Origin: an uncultured bacterium
GTDB lineage: Bacteria; Patescibacteriota; Patescibacteriia; Patescibacteriales; UBA12465
Direction of reading: 5' to 3'
DNA: 64,000 nt
Assembly (NCBI GenBank): GCA_938003925.1
Contig: CALKWQ010000023.1
Span: 243,799 to 307,798, forward strand
How positions within the stretch are numbered: the first letter of the stretch is position 1; every line of letters begins with the position of its first letter. Shown here piece after piece: positions 45,571 to 54,289 of this stretch. The notes beneath the pieces are model-generated. The model made no database searches, had not been told where the DNA came from, and saw only the letters and a program-made list of their open reading frames with translations. Both the position numbers and the translations under genes were made by a program.

Positions 45571-46086
45571 ATGTTGAAAATATTTAAACAACTCAAGCAA
45601 CCACAGCCGGCCTTTAGCTTGATTGAGATTATGGCAGTATTATTGATTGTCTCTTTGGGTATTGTTGGTACTGCTAATTTGGCTGTTCAAAGTATTCAGG
45701 CCCAGACTATTAATCGTGGCAGTATCGTGGCCTATCAATTAGCTCAAGAAGGAATCGAATTGGTTCGGCAAATTCGCGATACCAATTGGATGCAGGGCAA
45801 TGACTGGTCTGACGGTTTAGCTTCTGGCACTTATTGCGTAGACTACAAGTCGCCAGTTCTTAGGGCCGTAGCTGGACCCAATGATTGCGGGTTGTATTTT
45901 GACGCTGATAACTGGTATTTTGCTCCTGCTGTTATTTCTCCGGGGATGCGTTTTAGTAATTTTAGACGGGCAATAGTGATTGATATGGCTAGTTCCAGCG
46001 CTTCGGTGAAAGCGGTGGTTACCTGGGACGATCGGGATAAGGTTTTTCGTTACGAAACTGAAACTGAACTTTATGATTGGCGTTAA
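45571..46086 (+). CDS. minor pilin / pseudopilin-like protein
   Basis: ...QPQPA|FSLIEIMAVLLIVSLGIVG class III signal-like N-terminus. Confidence 0.7.
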   Translation: MLKIFKQLKQPQPAFSLIEIMAVLLIVSLGIVGTANLAVQSIQAQTINRGSIVAYQLAQEGIELVRQIRDTNWMQGNDWSDGLASGTYCVDYKSPVLRAVAGPNDCGLYFDADNWYFAPAVISPGMRFSNFRRAIVIDMASSSASVKAVVTWDDRDKVFRYETETELYDWR

Positions 46087-46663
46087 TTTAAGTCCGGCTA
46101 AGCGCCGGTTATCACGGGGTTTTTCTTTAATAGAGCTGATTGTCAGCATCAGCATTATTGCTTTACTGTCTGGCTTATTTTTAGCCAACTATCGCAGCAC
46201 CAACCGTCGCACTGATTTGGTGATGGCGGCTCAGACACTAGTGACTGATATCCGTTTTGCTCAGGCTAATGCCTTGGGACTAATTAAATATGACGGAGAA
46301 GTCCCGGCTGGCGGTTGGGGTATATACGTTTCTAATACCACTGGCACCACTAAGGGCGGCACCAGTTATACCTTATTTGCTGATGAAAATGATGATCAAA
46401 TCATGAATACCGGCGAAGCGGCTGCTAATTTGGGCGGGAAGCTGATAGATTTGCCGCCTAACATTGTAATTGACCGCTTGACTTTAGGCACTAGCGAGGT
46501 GTCTACGGCCAATATCACTTTTTTGCCGCCGGATCCAATTACACGTTTGCGTGGTAGTGTGGGCACTAGCACCGTCTTGGAGATACGTTTGCGTGAAAAG
46601 GTGAAGGACACCAACAAGACAGTGAGAGTTAATTTTTTAGGTTTAGTAGAGGTGATTGATTAA
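46073..46663 (+). CDS. minor pilin (FimT/GspH-like)
   Basis: ...LSRG|FSLIELIVSISIIALLSGLFL. It overlaps the previous gene by 14 nt. Confidence 0.7.
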   Translation: MIGVNLSPAKRRLSRGFSLIELIVSISIIALLSGLFLANYRSTNRRTDLVMAAQTLVTDIRFAQANALGLIKYDGEVPAGGWGIYVSNTTGTTKGGTSYTLFADENDDQIMNTGEAAANLGGKLIDLPPNIVIDRLTLGTSEVSTANITFLPPDPITRLRGSVGTSTVLEIRLREKVKDTNKTVRVNFLGLVEVID

Positions 46664-47231
46664 TATGTTGAACTACTGCCGTCGCCATCATTTGCATAGT
46701 GGCATCTCTTTAATTGAGGTGCTAGTTTCCACGACTTTGTTCGTGGTTATTTTGCTGGCTATGACCGGTATTTTTAAATTGATTTTAGATAGCCAGCGTC
46801 AAGCCATCGCTACCCAGAACGTACAAGAGAATTTGAAATATTTCTTTGAAGTTATTTCTAAAGAAATTAGGATGGCAAAAAGAGATGGCGGCGAATGCCC
46901 TAACTTATCGTCCAACAAGCGTTTTGCCACTAGCACTAATGCTTACGGTGAGGTTTTGTATTTAAAGAATTATCATGGTGAATGCGTCACCTATTCTTTG
47001 GATGAAGATAATGGTGTCTTGCGTTTCAAAGTAGAAAGAGGAGCTAATGGCGGCTTCTTATCGCCCATGAAGATAGAAGTGAAGGACCTGCGTTTTATCG
47101 TGCATGAAGAAACGGATGAGCAGGCTTATGTCTCTATTAATCTCAGCGCTCAGTCGGTGGGCAGAGAAGCCATGTTTTCCCAGATGCGGGTACAGACCAC
47201 GATTACTTCCCGTTATTATCGAGTTAATTAA
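46656..47231 (+). CDS. minor pilin (PilW-like)
   Basis: ...HLHSG|ISLIEVLVSTTLFVVILLAM. It overlaps the previous gene by 8 nt. Confidence 0.7.
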   Translation: MINMLNYCRRHHLHSGISLIEVLVSTTLFVVILLAMTGIFKLILDSQRQAIATQNVQENLKYFFEVISKEIRMAKRDGGECPNLSSNKRFATSTNAYGEVLYLKNYHGECVTYSLDEDNGVLRFKVERGANGGFLSPMKIEVKDLRFIVHEETDEQAYVSINLSAQSVGREAMFSQMRVQTTITSRYYRVN

Positions 47232-47233
47232 TT

Positions 47234-47617
47234 ATGCGTATCAGGATGAAAATTTTTGAAAATTATGACGGCAGTGCGATTATGCTCACCCTCTTTTTGT
47301 TGAGCGCGATTATGCTCATCGTGTTTGGCGGAGCTTCGGTGATCGTTTCCGGTTTAAAAATGGGTAGCGTGCAGTCACAGTCAACTCGGGCTTATTTTGC
47401 GGCTGAGGCAGGAGCGGAAAGATTGTTGTATGAGTTCAGACATACTTCTAATTTTGAGACTTTAGATAAGGTGGGCATGGAAAATGTTTTTGGTACCACT
47501 ACCTTAGCTTCCGGTAGTACTTATACCGTCAATTACGACTCTTTTTTACCTCAAATTATTTTCACCAGTATCGGTTCCTACGAATCCACTAAAAGAAGTG
47601 TGGAATTGAATTTTTAA
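47234..47617 (+). CDS. PilX-like minor pilus protein
   Basis: Hydrophobic N-terminus GSAIMLTLFLLSAIMLIVFGG followed by SQSTRAYFAAEAGAERLLYEF, the PilX_N-type pattern. Confidence 0.55.
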   Translation: MRIRMKIFENYDGSAIMLTLFLLSAIMLIVFGGASVIVSGLKMGSVQSQSTRAYFAAEAGAERLLYEFRHTSNFETLDKVGMENVFGTTTLASGSTYTVNYDSFLPQIIFTSIGSYESTKRSVELNF

Positions 47618-47635
47618 GACTATTTACAATGCTTT

Positions 47636-47667
47636 AAAAACGCCTGCAATCCAGGCGTTTTTTGTTT
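47636..47667 (+). terminator. rho-independent terminator closing the pilus locus
   Basis: Stem cgcctg / caggcg followed by T6. Confidence 0.7.
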
Positions 47668-47720
47668 TCAATGTTGTGGCCAGAAAAAATCGTTTAAAGC
47701 TTTCCTTGATTTAGAAAAAA

Positions 47721-47729
47721 TGATATAAT
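47721..47729 (+). promoter_or_regulatory. extended -10 promoter (TGaTATAAT) of giant gene 1
   Basis: TG at 47721-47722 and TATAAT at 47724-47729, 51 nt upstream of the GTG start. Confidence 0.5.
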
Positions 47730-47780
47730 TTTATTATAAAATCAGTCTCCTTTTAGGACCTGTTTATTCATATTCTGCTT

Positions 47781-50700
47781 GTGCAGAGAAAATTAATTGC
47801 GACAAAAAAAATTAGCTGGGCACCCAAGCTGGGGTTGCTGTTTTTTGTTATGGGTGGGCTGTTTTTCGTTCTCGGTATTCAGCCGTCTCAAGCCGCTTTA
47901 GCTAATTTATACAACAAAGCTACAAGTAGCACTTTAGCGGCTTATGAGTGGAATAATCTGTTGTCCGATTTTGTTACTAAGAATAATGGCGGCGATAGAT
48001 TGGATGGCTACTTCAGTATTAATACGGCGACTTCTTCCACCTATGCTTTAGATATCAATGGTGCTTTGCGCGCCACCAACTTAACAGGCGCTCTGTCTGG
48101 CACCCTGAACGCTGGTAATGTTTCTACCGGTGCCTTCGGTTTAAATACCGGTGGCGGTAATTATAATTTTCCTGCCAATATCGGTATCGGTATCGGTACC
48201 GCCACTCCGGCCTCTATCATCACTCTCGCCAACAATCGCTGGGTGTCTGCTTTAAATAGCACCGGCACTGGTTATGTGAACATGTTTAGAGTGAACGCTA
48301 ACGATGAGATTGAAGTGGGGGGAGCTTTAAACATCGGTCAATTCCAGTTTGCTGCCGATAGCGGTTTTAACACTTTTGTAGATATGCCGGTGACTAATGC
48401 TCCGGCGGCTGGCACTATCATGGGCTACACCATGAAGGTGGATGGGGACAATATTTTAAATGTCTATTCTGAAGCTAATGGTAGCGGCGGTATTCAAAAT
48501 CGTCGCATTGGTATTGGTACTAGTACCCCTGCTTTTACTCTGGATGTTAATGGCATTATCAATGCTTCCGCTCTTTATGTTAATGGCGCTCCTTATATCG
48601 GTAGTCAGTGGACTACTAACGGCACGAGCGTGTATTACAACACTGGTAATGTCGGTATCGGCACTACTACTCCTATCGCCACTTTAGACGTGAACGGGTT
48701 GATTAAGATGCGGACTGCTTTGATTACCGCCAATGAGGATGTAATTAACAAAGGTTATTTGGACTCAGCTTTAGCCAGTACCACCGCCCAAATTATTACC
48801 CAGGTTGCCACCAGTAGTTTCTGGCAGGGCAGCATGGCGGGCAGTATTTATAATGCTAACTCTGGTAGCGTTGGGATTGGGACGACGAATCCGAGTGGGA
48901 AGCTGCATATTACTGATGCTAGTAATACAACGAGGTATGCGTCCTTTAGTTCTACTGGTTTGTTAACCATCAATTTTCAAGATGGTACTGGTAGCATTCC
49001 TTTTCTAACCTTGCAGAATCCTTATGGCAATATGGGTGTTTCTTCGCACATATTGTTTAAGTCTGGTTACGCTGGCACTACTTACGTTGATTCTGGTCGT
49101 ATCACCTTGGGTCATGAAGTTGATTGGACTAGCACGGCTGCCACTAGGGACTCTTATCTCGCTCTTTTTACCTCTCTAGACGGTGCGTTGGGAGAAAAGA
49201 TGAGGATTACGAGCGCTGGTAATGTGGGGATTGGAGTAACTAACCCTATTCATAAGCTTCAAATCAGTTCCGGTAATTTATCTTTAAGTGATGGTAATTT
49301 TATTGATTGGGGTAACGGTAGCACAAGAATTCTTTCAATAACCTCTGTTCCAAATAACAGAATTATGGGATTTGAGACTTGGAACAGCACAACTGGTAGA
49401 GCGGAAAGGATGAGAATAGATGGAGTTGGCAACGTCGGCATCGGGACTACCAACCCCACCGCCAAACTATACGTCAATGGTACTTCCATATTTAATGATA
49501 TTGCCACCTTCACTCAACCAGTAGTAGTGGCCACCCCTATTTTAGGTCCTCATGCTGCTACTAAGAGTTACGTAGATTCTACTATTGCTTCTGCCACTTC
49601 CAGCATTACTCTATGGGGCGGAACAATTGGGGGTAATGTTTGGAATTTAAATTCTGGTAACGTTGGGATTGGGACGACTAGCCCTGGTATTAGCAAATTA
49701 AGAATTGAACATAACGCCTGGACGACATATGGATTAACTTTAAGCAATACCTATACCGGCGGTCGGTCTTGGAATTTGGGCGATGGATTAGCGGCCATGG
49801 GCATGTTTTCTATCAGAGATGAAACCGCTGGTCAGGTCAGGTTGACTATTAATGGCAATGGTAACGTCGGCATTGGTACTACCACTCCTGGCACTAAATT
49901 GACGGTGGTTGGATCAGGTAATTACAGTATTGATGCTGGTAATTATCGCGTCGGCAATGTTGCTACGCCGGTAGCTGCTTTGGATGCGGTTAATAAATCA
50001 TATCTTGATTCCGCGGTTGGCACCGCACAAACCGCCTTTTGGAACATTAACGGTTCTAACCTCTACGCCTCTTCAACCAGTTGGAATGTCGGAGTCGGAA
50101 CCACCGCCCCAGATTCACGCCTTCATATTGTAGGCACCGGCCAACCTCTTTTGCATATTCAAAACTCTAATGGAACCGATGGAATAACCGCCGGAATTTT
50201 ATTTGGAGTTACGAATGCGACTGATTATCAGCAAGCAGGTATATTTTTTGAAAGACTTGGTGGTTCAGCTGAGGGCAGTTTGCATTTCGCCACTAAAAAT
50301 GGTGGCGCTGGTAACGCAACTAAGGCAAATGCAAGGATGACAATAAACGCTAGTGGAAATGTTGGGATTGGAACAACCAATCCAGATGCCAAGCTACAAG
50401 TACAAGGAACTTTAAAGTTACAGAATGTTGTTTCTTCTTCACCTGATACTAATTTTAGAAGAATGATTAATGTTGCTTCGTATAATGGTGGAGGCACTTA
50501 TCGAACTGGTATATTAACTGTTAAATTACCTTCTCCTTTAGCTCATTCAATGGCTAAAATCAAAATTAGTGGTTGGAGTTATGGTCAGGCTTGGGATGTG
50601 ATTGTGTCTGGTTATTTAAATACTACTCAATGGACGCAAGTCGGAGGCACAGTGGTTACAGGTAATCCTCCTTTTAATACCGATCAAATTCGCTTAGTAG

Positions 50701-53700
50701 CTGATAGTGCTTCAGATACTTTCTATATCTTATTAGGCGATGCGGCAACTACTTATGGATATTATGCTAGTATCGGTGTTGATGTAGATAGTATTTACTC
50801 AAACAATCTGCCTTCTACTGGTTGGGATATTTATATTGCTGCTAGTGATCCGTCTTTTGATTATGTAACTACTCCCGCCTCGTCTTTGTATGGTAGTCAT
50901 GGTGCAGATATTAATAACGGTAATGTTTATATTAATGATGCCGTTATTACCTCTGGCACTCCTAAGGCTGCTATTACCAAAGAATACCTCACCTCTTCCT
51001 TAGAAGCTTTTAATTCAGAAACTAATCTATGGAAGTTAAATGGTTCTAACCTCTACGCTTCTACTACTACTTGGAATGTGGGTATTGGTACTAGTAGCCC
51101 AGCCACTAAATTAGATGTCTGGGGTAATATTTATATTAATTCGGCTACACATAATAACACTACTACTCTAGCCTTTGCTACTAATGGTAGTCCCTATCAC
51201 CAGATATTTTCTAATCGGCAAACCGGCGAATTCTCTATAAGGGCTGGCGTTGGCGGCAGTGGCCACTATCTAACCTTTGGTTCAGGTGATGGTTCGGAAA
51301 AAATGAGAATTACTACTACTGGCAACGTCGGGATTGGCACTAACAATCCGGCTGGCTTATTGGAACTGTATAAGGCTGGTTCTAATGCTAACTTAAAGCT
51401 CTATGCTTTTAGCAGCTCTGCTTATGATTCCCAATTGCAATTTTCTGCCAACACTAATGCTGCCGTGGAATATAGCGCTGGTCTAGATAATAATGATAAT
51501 AATTTTAAGATTTACTCTGGTGAAAATGTAAGAGGGACTAATGAGTTCGTAATTAATCCATCGGGCAACGTCGGCATCGGCACCACCAACCCCACCGCCA
51601 AACTATACGTCAATGGTACTTCCATATTTAATGATATTGCCACCTTCACTCAACCAGTAGTAGTGGCCACCCCTATTTTAGGTCCTCATGCTGCTACTAA
51701 GAGTTACGTAGATTCTACTATTGCTTCTGCCACTTCCAGCATTACTCTATGGGGCGGAACAATTGGGGGTAATGTTTGGAATTTAAATTCTGGTAACGTT
51801 GGGATTGGGACGACTAATGCCCTAGAAAAGCTAGATTTAAGAGACGGTAATTTGTATATTTCTGATTCAGATTTGGCAACGAACAGTGCTGGTGGTGCTA
51901 TAAAATTTGGTAGACCCGATGGTTATGCCTCTAATTGGTTGGCATCAATAGGCTCTTATACTACTACTGGCTACGATCGCATAGGTTTAACTTTTAATAC
52001 TTCTTTCGGGACTTCTCAAGAGCGAATAAGAATTACGCCAGAAGGTAATGTTGGGATTGGAACAACAAATCCGACAACGAAGTTGCATATAGAAAATGGA
52101 GTGATAAGGGCAAACAATATAGTAGCCGTTGGCAGTAGTGCCGCCCACCCTACGGGAATTGGATCTTATATAGAACTTTATATGTTGGGTGAAGTGGGAA
52201 GAATTTTGCCTTATGATGGTGCTAGTTATAAAGATTTGGCTATTGGTGATTGGAATGGAGGTAATCCGAATATAATGTTGAAAGTGGGCGGTAATGTCGG
52301 TATTGGAAATGGGTCTCCTTCTAATAAATTGAGTGTTGCGGGTAGTGCAGACTTTTCCGGTAACGTCGGTATCGGGACTACCAACCCCACCGCCAAACTA
52401 TACGTCAATGGTACTTCCATATTTAATGATATTGCCACCTTCACTCAACCAGTAGTAGTGGCCACCCCTATTTTAGGTCCTCATGCCGCTACTAAGAGTT
52501 ACGTAGATTCCACTATTGCTTCCGCCACTTCCAGTATCGCCACTCTCTGGGGTGGAACCGTTGGAGGACATATCTGGAATTTAAATTCAGGTAATGTTGG
52601 TATTGGTGTGGCCAGTCCGGAATCATTATTTGAAGTAGAGCGATCTGCTACTGGGACCGTGGCTACCTTTGACGTTAATACGACTAATAGAGCGACTGTC
52701 CAGTTGAGCGTATTTGATAATTATGCTCAGCTGCAAAGTTACGGTCGCGGGTCTTCTAGCGGTTACTTGTCTATTAATCCTCTAGGTAATAATGTCGGTA
52801 TCGGGACTACTAACCCGGGTTCTTACAAGCTAAACGTTAATGGCAGCACTAATATCAGTGGCAGTTTAAATGTCACTGGCACAACTACCGCCGGAGCCTT
52901 TGTTGGCCCAGTGGTAGGCACAATTAATGCTCGCAACGTTTCTTCCGGGGCTTTTGGCGCTGATGCTGGCGGAGGTAATTTTAGCTTTCCGGCTAATGTT
53001 GGAATTGGGACGACGAATCCTGGTTCTAGGCTGACTATTAATGGGGTTGGGGCTTCTAGTACACCTTTAACCTTGTTGCAGGTGTTTAATATGATTCCTT
53101 ATGCTACAGGCAATGGTCTTGGCGCAGCTCGAATTGAAATTGGTCACGGCACTTTGCATGGTTATATAGAAAGTGCTGCTAATTCTGAGAATAATAGCGC
53201 TGATGGTTATATGGCTTTTGGTACCCGTCGTCCTACTAATAATGTGACTGAGGCAATGAGGATAGATCAATCTGGTAATATCGGAATTGGGACCACTACT
53301 CCGGATGCAAAATTATCCGTTAATGGCGGAGCTACTTTTAATACTGGCGCCGGACTCGCAATTGGTAATGTTGGCAGTTATAATAAATTAATAACTTATT
53401 CTGCTGGTCCCGTTTTTCGTATTTTTACTGGTGGTAGTTACGGTAGTTTTGGCGCTGGCAGTGCTTCTATCGGAGCTTCGTATGCTGCCATATCTTCGCC
53501 TGCGGGCGGGTTAATTGTAGAGGGTAACGTCGGTATCGGCACTTCTAATCCTGGCGCATATCGCTTGAAGGTGGCAGGAGATATGGCTGTTACTGGCACC
53601 TTACAGACTCAGACTGGTTCCGACTTTGCGGAAGAATTTAGTGTAGATTCAGTAATTTTACCAGGTACGGTGGTGGTGATGGCTGATAACGGGCACAAAT

Positions 53701-54005
53701 CGGTTCGAGTCTCAACTGCAGCCTATGATCGCAAGGTTGTAGGTATTGTGTCCGATAATCCCTCTATTATTGCTGGTAGAATTGAAAGCGGACAAAAGGT
53801 TGTGGTGGCTATGATGGGGGTAGTTTCAGTTAATGTCACTAGTGCTAATGGCAAAATTGAAAAGGGGGATTTATTGACTTCTTCTAACCTGCCTGGCTAT
53901 GCCATGAAGGTGACTGAGTTTGCGCCGGGAACTGTAATTGGCAAAGCCTTGGAAGATCTAGTGGGAAAGAAAGGGAAGATTAAGGTGTTGGTAAATTTGC
54001 AGTAA
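47781..54005 (+). CDS. giant (2074 aa) secreted fibre/adhesin-like protein built from about 20 GNVGIGTTxPxxKLxVxG modules
   Basis: GTG start and an N-terminal signal anchor. The G-N-V-G-I-G-T-T-x-P...KL.V.G motif recurs about 20 times and is also seen in phage tail-fibre-like proteins. A distinct C-terminal roughly 150-aa domain follows (GSDFAEEF...VVGIVSDNPSII...GDLLTSS..PGYAMK...GTVIGKALE). Confidence 0.85.
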   Translation: MQRKLIATKKISWAPKLGLLFFVMGGLFFVLGIQPSQAALANLYNKATSSTLAAYEWNNLLSDFVTKNNGGDRLDGYFSINTATSSTYALDINGALRATNLTGALSGTLNAGNVSTGAFGLNTGGGNYNFPANIGIGIGTATPASIITLANNRWVSALNSTGTGYVNMFRVNANDEIEVGGALNIGQFQFAADSGFNTFVDMPVTNAPAAGTIMGYTMKVDGDNILNVYSEANGSGGIQNRRIGIGTSTPAFTLDVNGIINASALYVNGAPYIGSQWTTNGTSVYYNTGNVGIGTTTPIATLDVNGLIKMRTALITANEDVINKGYLDSALASTTAQIITQVATSSFWQGSMAGSIYNANSGSVGIGTTNPSGKLHITDASNTTRYASFSSTGLLTINFQDGTGSIPFLTLQNPYGNMGVSSHILFKSGYAGTTYVDSGRITLGHEVDWTSTAATRDSYLALFTSLDGALGEKMRITSAGNVGIGVTNPIHKLQISSGNLSLSDGNFIDWGNGSTRILSITSVPNNRIMGFETWNSTTGRAERMRIDGVGNVGIGTTNPTAKLYVNGTSIFNDIATFTQPVVVATPILGPHAATKSYVDSTIASATSSITLWGGTIGGNVWNLNSGNVGIGTTSPGISKLRIEHNAWTTYGLTLSNTYTGGRSWNLGDGLAAMGMFSIRDETAGQVRLTINGNGNVGIGTTTPGTKLTVVGSGNYSIDAGNYRVGNVATPVAALDAVNKSYLDSAVGTAQTAFWNINGSNLYASSTSWNVGVGTTAPDSRLHIVGTGQPLLHIQNSNGTDGITAGILFGVTNATDYQQAGIFFERLGGSAEGSLHFATKNGGAGNATKANARMTINASGNVGIGTTNPDAKLQVQGTLKLQNVVSSSPDTNFRRMINVASYNGGGTYRTGILTVKLPSPLAHSMAKIKISGWSYGQAWDVIVSGYLNTTQWTQVGGTVVTGNPPFNTDQIRLVADSASDTFYILLGDAATTYGYYASIGVDVDSIYSNNLPSTGWDIYIAASDPSFDYVTTPASSLYGSHGADINNGNVYINDAVITSGTPKAAITKEYLTSSLEAFNSETNLWKLNGSNLYASTTTWNVGIGTSSPATKLDVWGNIYINSATHNNTTTLAFATNGSPYHQIFSNRQTGEFSIRAGVGGSGHYLTFGSGDGSEKMRITTTGNVGIGTNNPAGLLELYKAGSNANLKLYAFSSSAYDSQLQFSANTNAAVEYSAGLDNNDNNFKIYSGENVRGTNEFVINPSGNVGIGTTNPTAKLYVNGTSIFNDIATFTQPVVVATPILGPHAATKSYVDSTIASATSSITLWGGTIGGNVWNLNSGNVGIGTTNALEKLDLRDGNLYISDSDLATNSAGGAIKFGRPDGYASNWLASIGSYTTTGYDRIGLTFNTSFGTSQERIRITPEGNVGIGTTNPTTKLHIENGVIRANNIVAVGSSAAHPTGIGSYIELYMLGEVGRILPYDGASYKDLAIGDWNGGNPNIMLKVGGNVGIGNGSPSNKLSVAGSADFSGNVGIGTTNPTAKLYVNGTSIFNDIATFTQPVVVATPILGPHAATKSYVDSTIASATSSIATLWGGTVGGHIWNLNSGNVGIGVASPESLFEVERSATGTVATFDVNTTNRATVQLSVFDNYAQLQSYGRGSSSGYLSINPLGNNVGIGTTNPGSYKLNVNGSTNISGSLNVTGTTTAGAFVGPVVGTINARNVSSGAFGADAGGGNFSFPANVGIGTTNPGSRLTINGVGASSTPLTLLQVFNMIPYATGNGLGAARIEIGHGTLHGYIESAANSENNSADGYMAFGTRRPTNNVTEAMRIDQSGNIGIGTTTPDAKLSVNGGATFNTGAGLAIGNVGSYNKLITYSAGPVFRIFTGGSYGSFGAGSASIGASYAAISSPAGGLIVEGNVGIGTSNPGAYRLKVAGDMAVTGTLQTQTGSDFAEEFSVDSVILPGTVVVMADNGHKSVRVSTAAYDRKVVGIVSDNPSIIAGRIESGQKVVVAMMGVVSVNVTSANGKIEKGDLLTSSNLPGYAMKVTEFAPGTVIGKALEDLVGKKGKIKVLVNLQ
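49428..49679 (+). repeat. 252-bp cassette, copy A (encodes GNVGIGTTNPTAKLYVNGTSIFNDIATFTQPVVVATPILGPHAATKSYVDSTIASATSSITLWGGTIGGNVWNLNSGNVGIGTT)
   Basis: It differs from copy B at only two synonymous sites (49445 and 49448). 49449-49679 reads identical to 51585-51815. Confidence 0.9.
51564..51815 (+). repeat. 252-bp cassette, copy B
   Basis: See copy A. The flanks of A and B are unrelated at the DNA level. Confidence 0.9.
52359..52607 (+). repeat. cassette copy C (mosaic)
   Basis: The 5' roughly 140 bp are near-identical to A and B. The 3' roughly 110 bp carry substitutions (catgccgct, gattccact, an extra Ala codon, ctctggggtggaac) that match copy D in the second giant gene. Confidence 0.8.
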
Positions 54006-54014
54006 ATTCTTTAC

Positions 54015-54260
54015 AAATGAATATCCCTGTGTCCGCTTCTACCACTCTTTAGAGGCATTAACAGTCAAGGGGTCCGCGCCAACAAAAACCGCTAATGCCG
54101 GTGGTGTCGGATGACTTGATTTTATCCATCACTAGTCATCCCCCGAAGGGGCGACTAGCAAGAGAAAATCCCAGCGATCAAGCTGGGACTCATTGTCAAG
54201 AAAACAGCGTGCGGCCGTCAGGTACGTACGTTCTAGGAGCGGTCACAAGGATATTCATTT
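54015..54260 (+). ncRNA. candidate RT-associated structured non-coding RNA (retron msr/msd-like or DRT-type template RNA)
   Basis: 54015-54038 pairs with 54237-54260: 22 of 24 positions, including aaatgaatatcc.tgtg against cacaaggatattcattt. The enclosed roughly 200 nt are visibly more GC-rich than the flanks. They contain hairpins 54054-54060/54093-54099, 54132-54158 (ctagtc..cccc gaa gggg..gactag) and 54169-54188 (tcccagc/gctggga). There is no ORF. A 6-bp hairpin plus T5 (54267-54287) lies just before the RT ATG. Confidence 0.55.
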
Positions 54261-54289
54261 TTTAGTAGGGGCTTAATTGCCCTTTTTGT

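Noticed and set aside
47781-54005. Periodic short repeats (ggtaacgtcggtatcgggac...) that could look like a CRISPR array or satellite
   Set aside because: The repeats are in-frame codons for the GNVGIGTT protein motif. Their spacing is irregular (150-400 bp) and they lie inside one uninterrupted 6.2-kb ORF.
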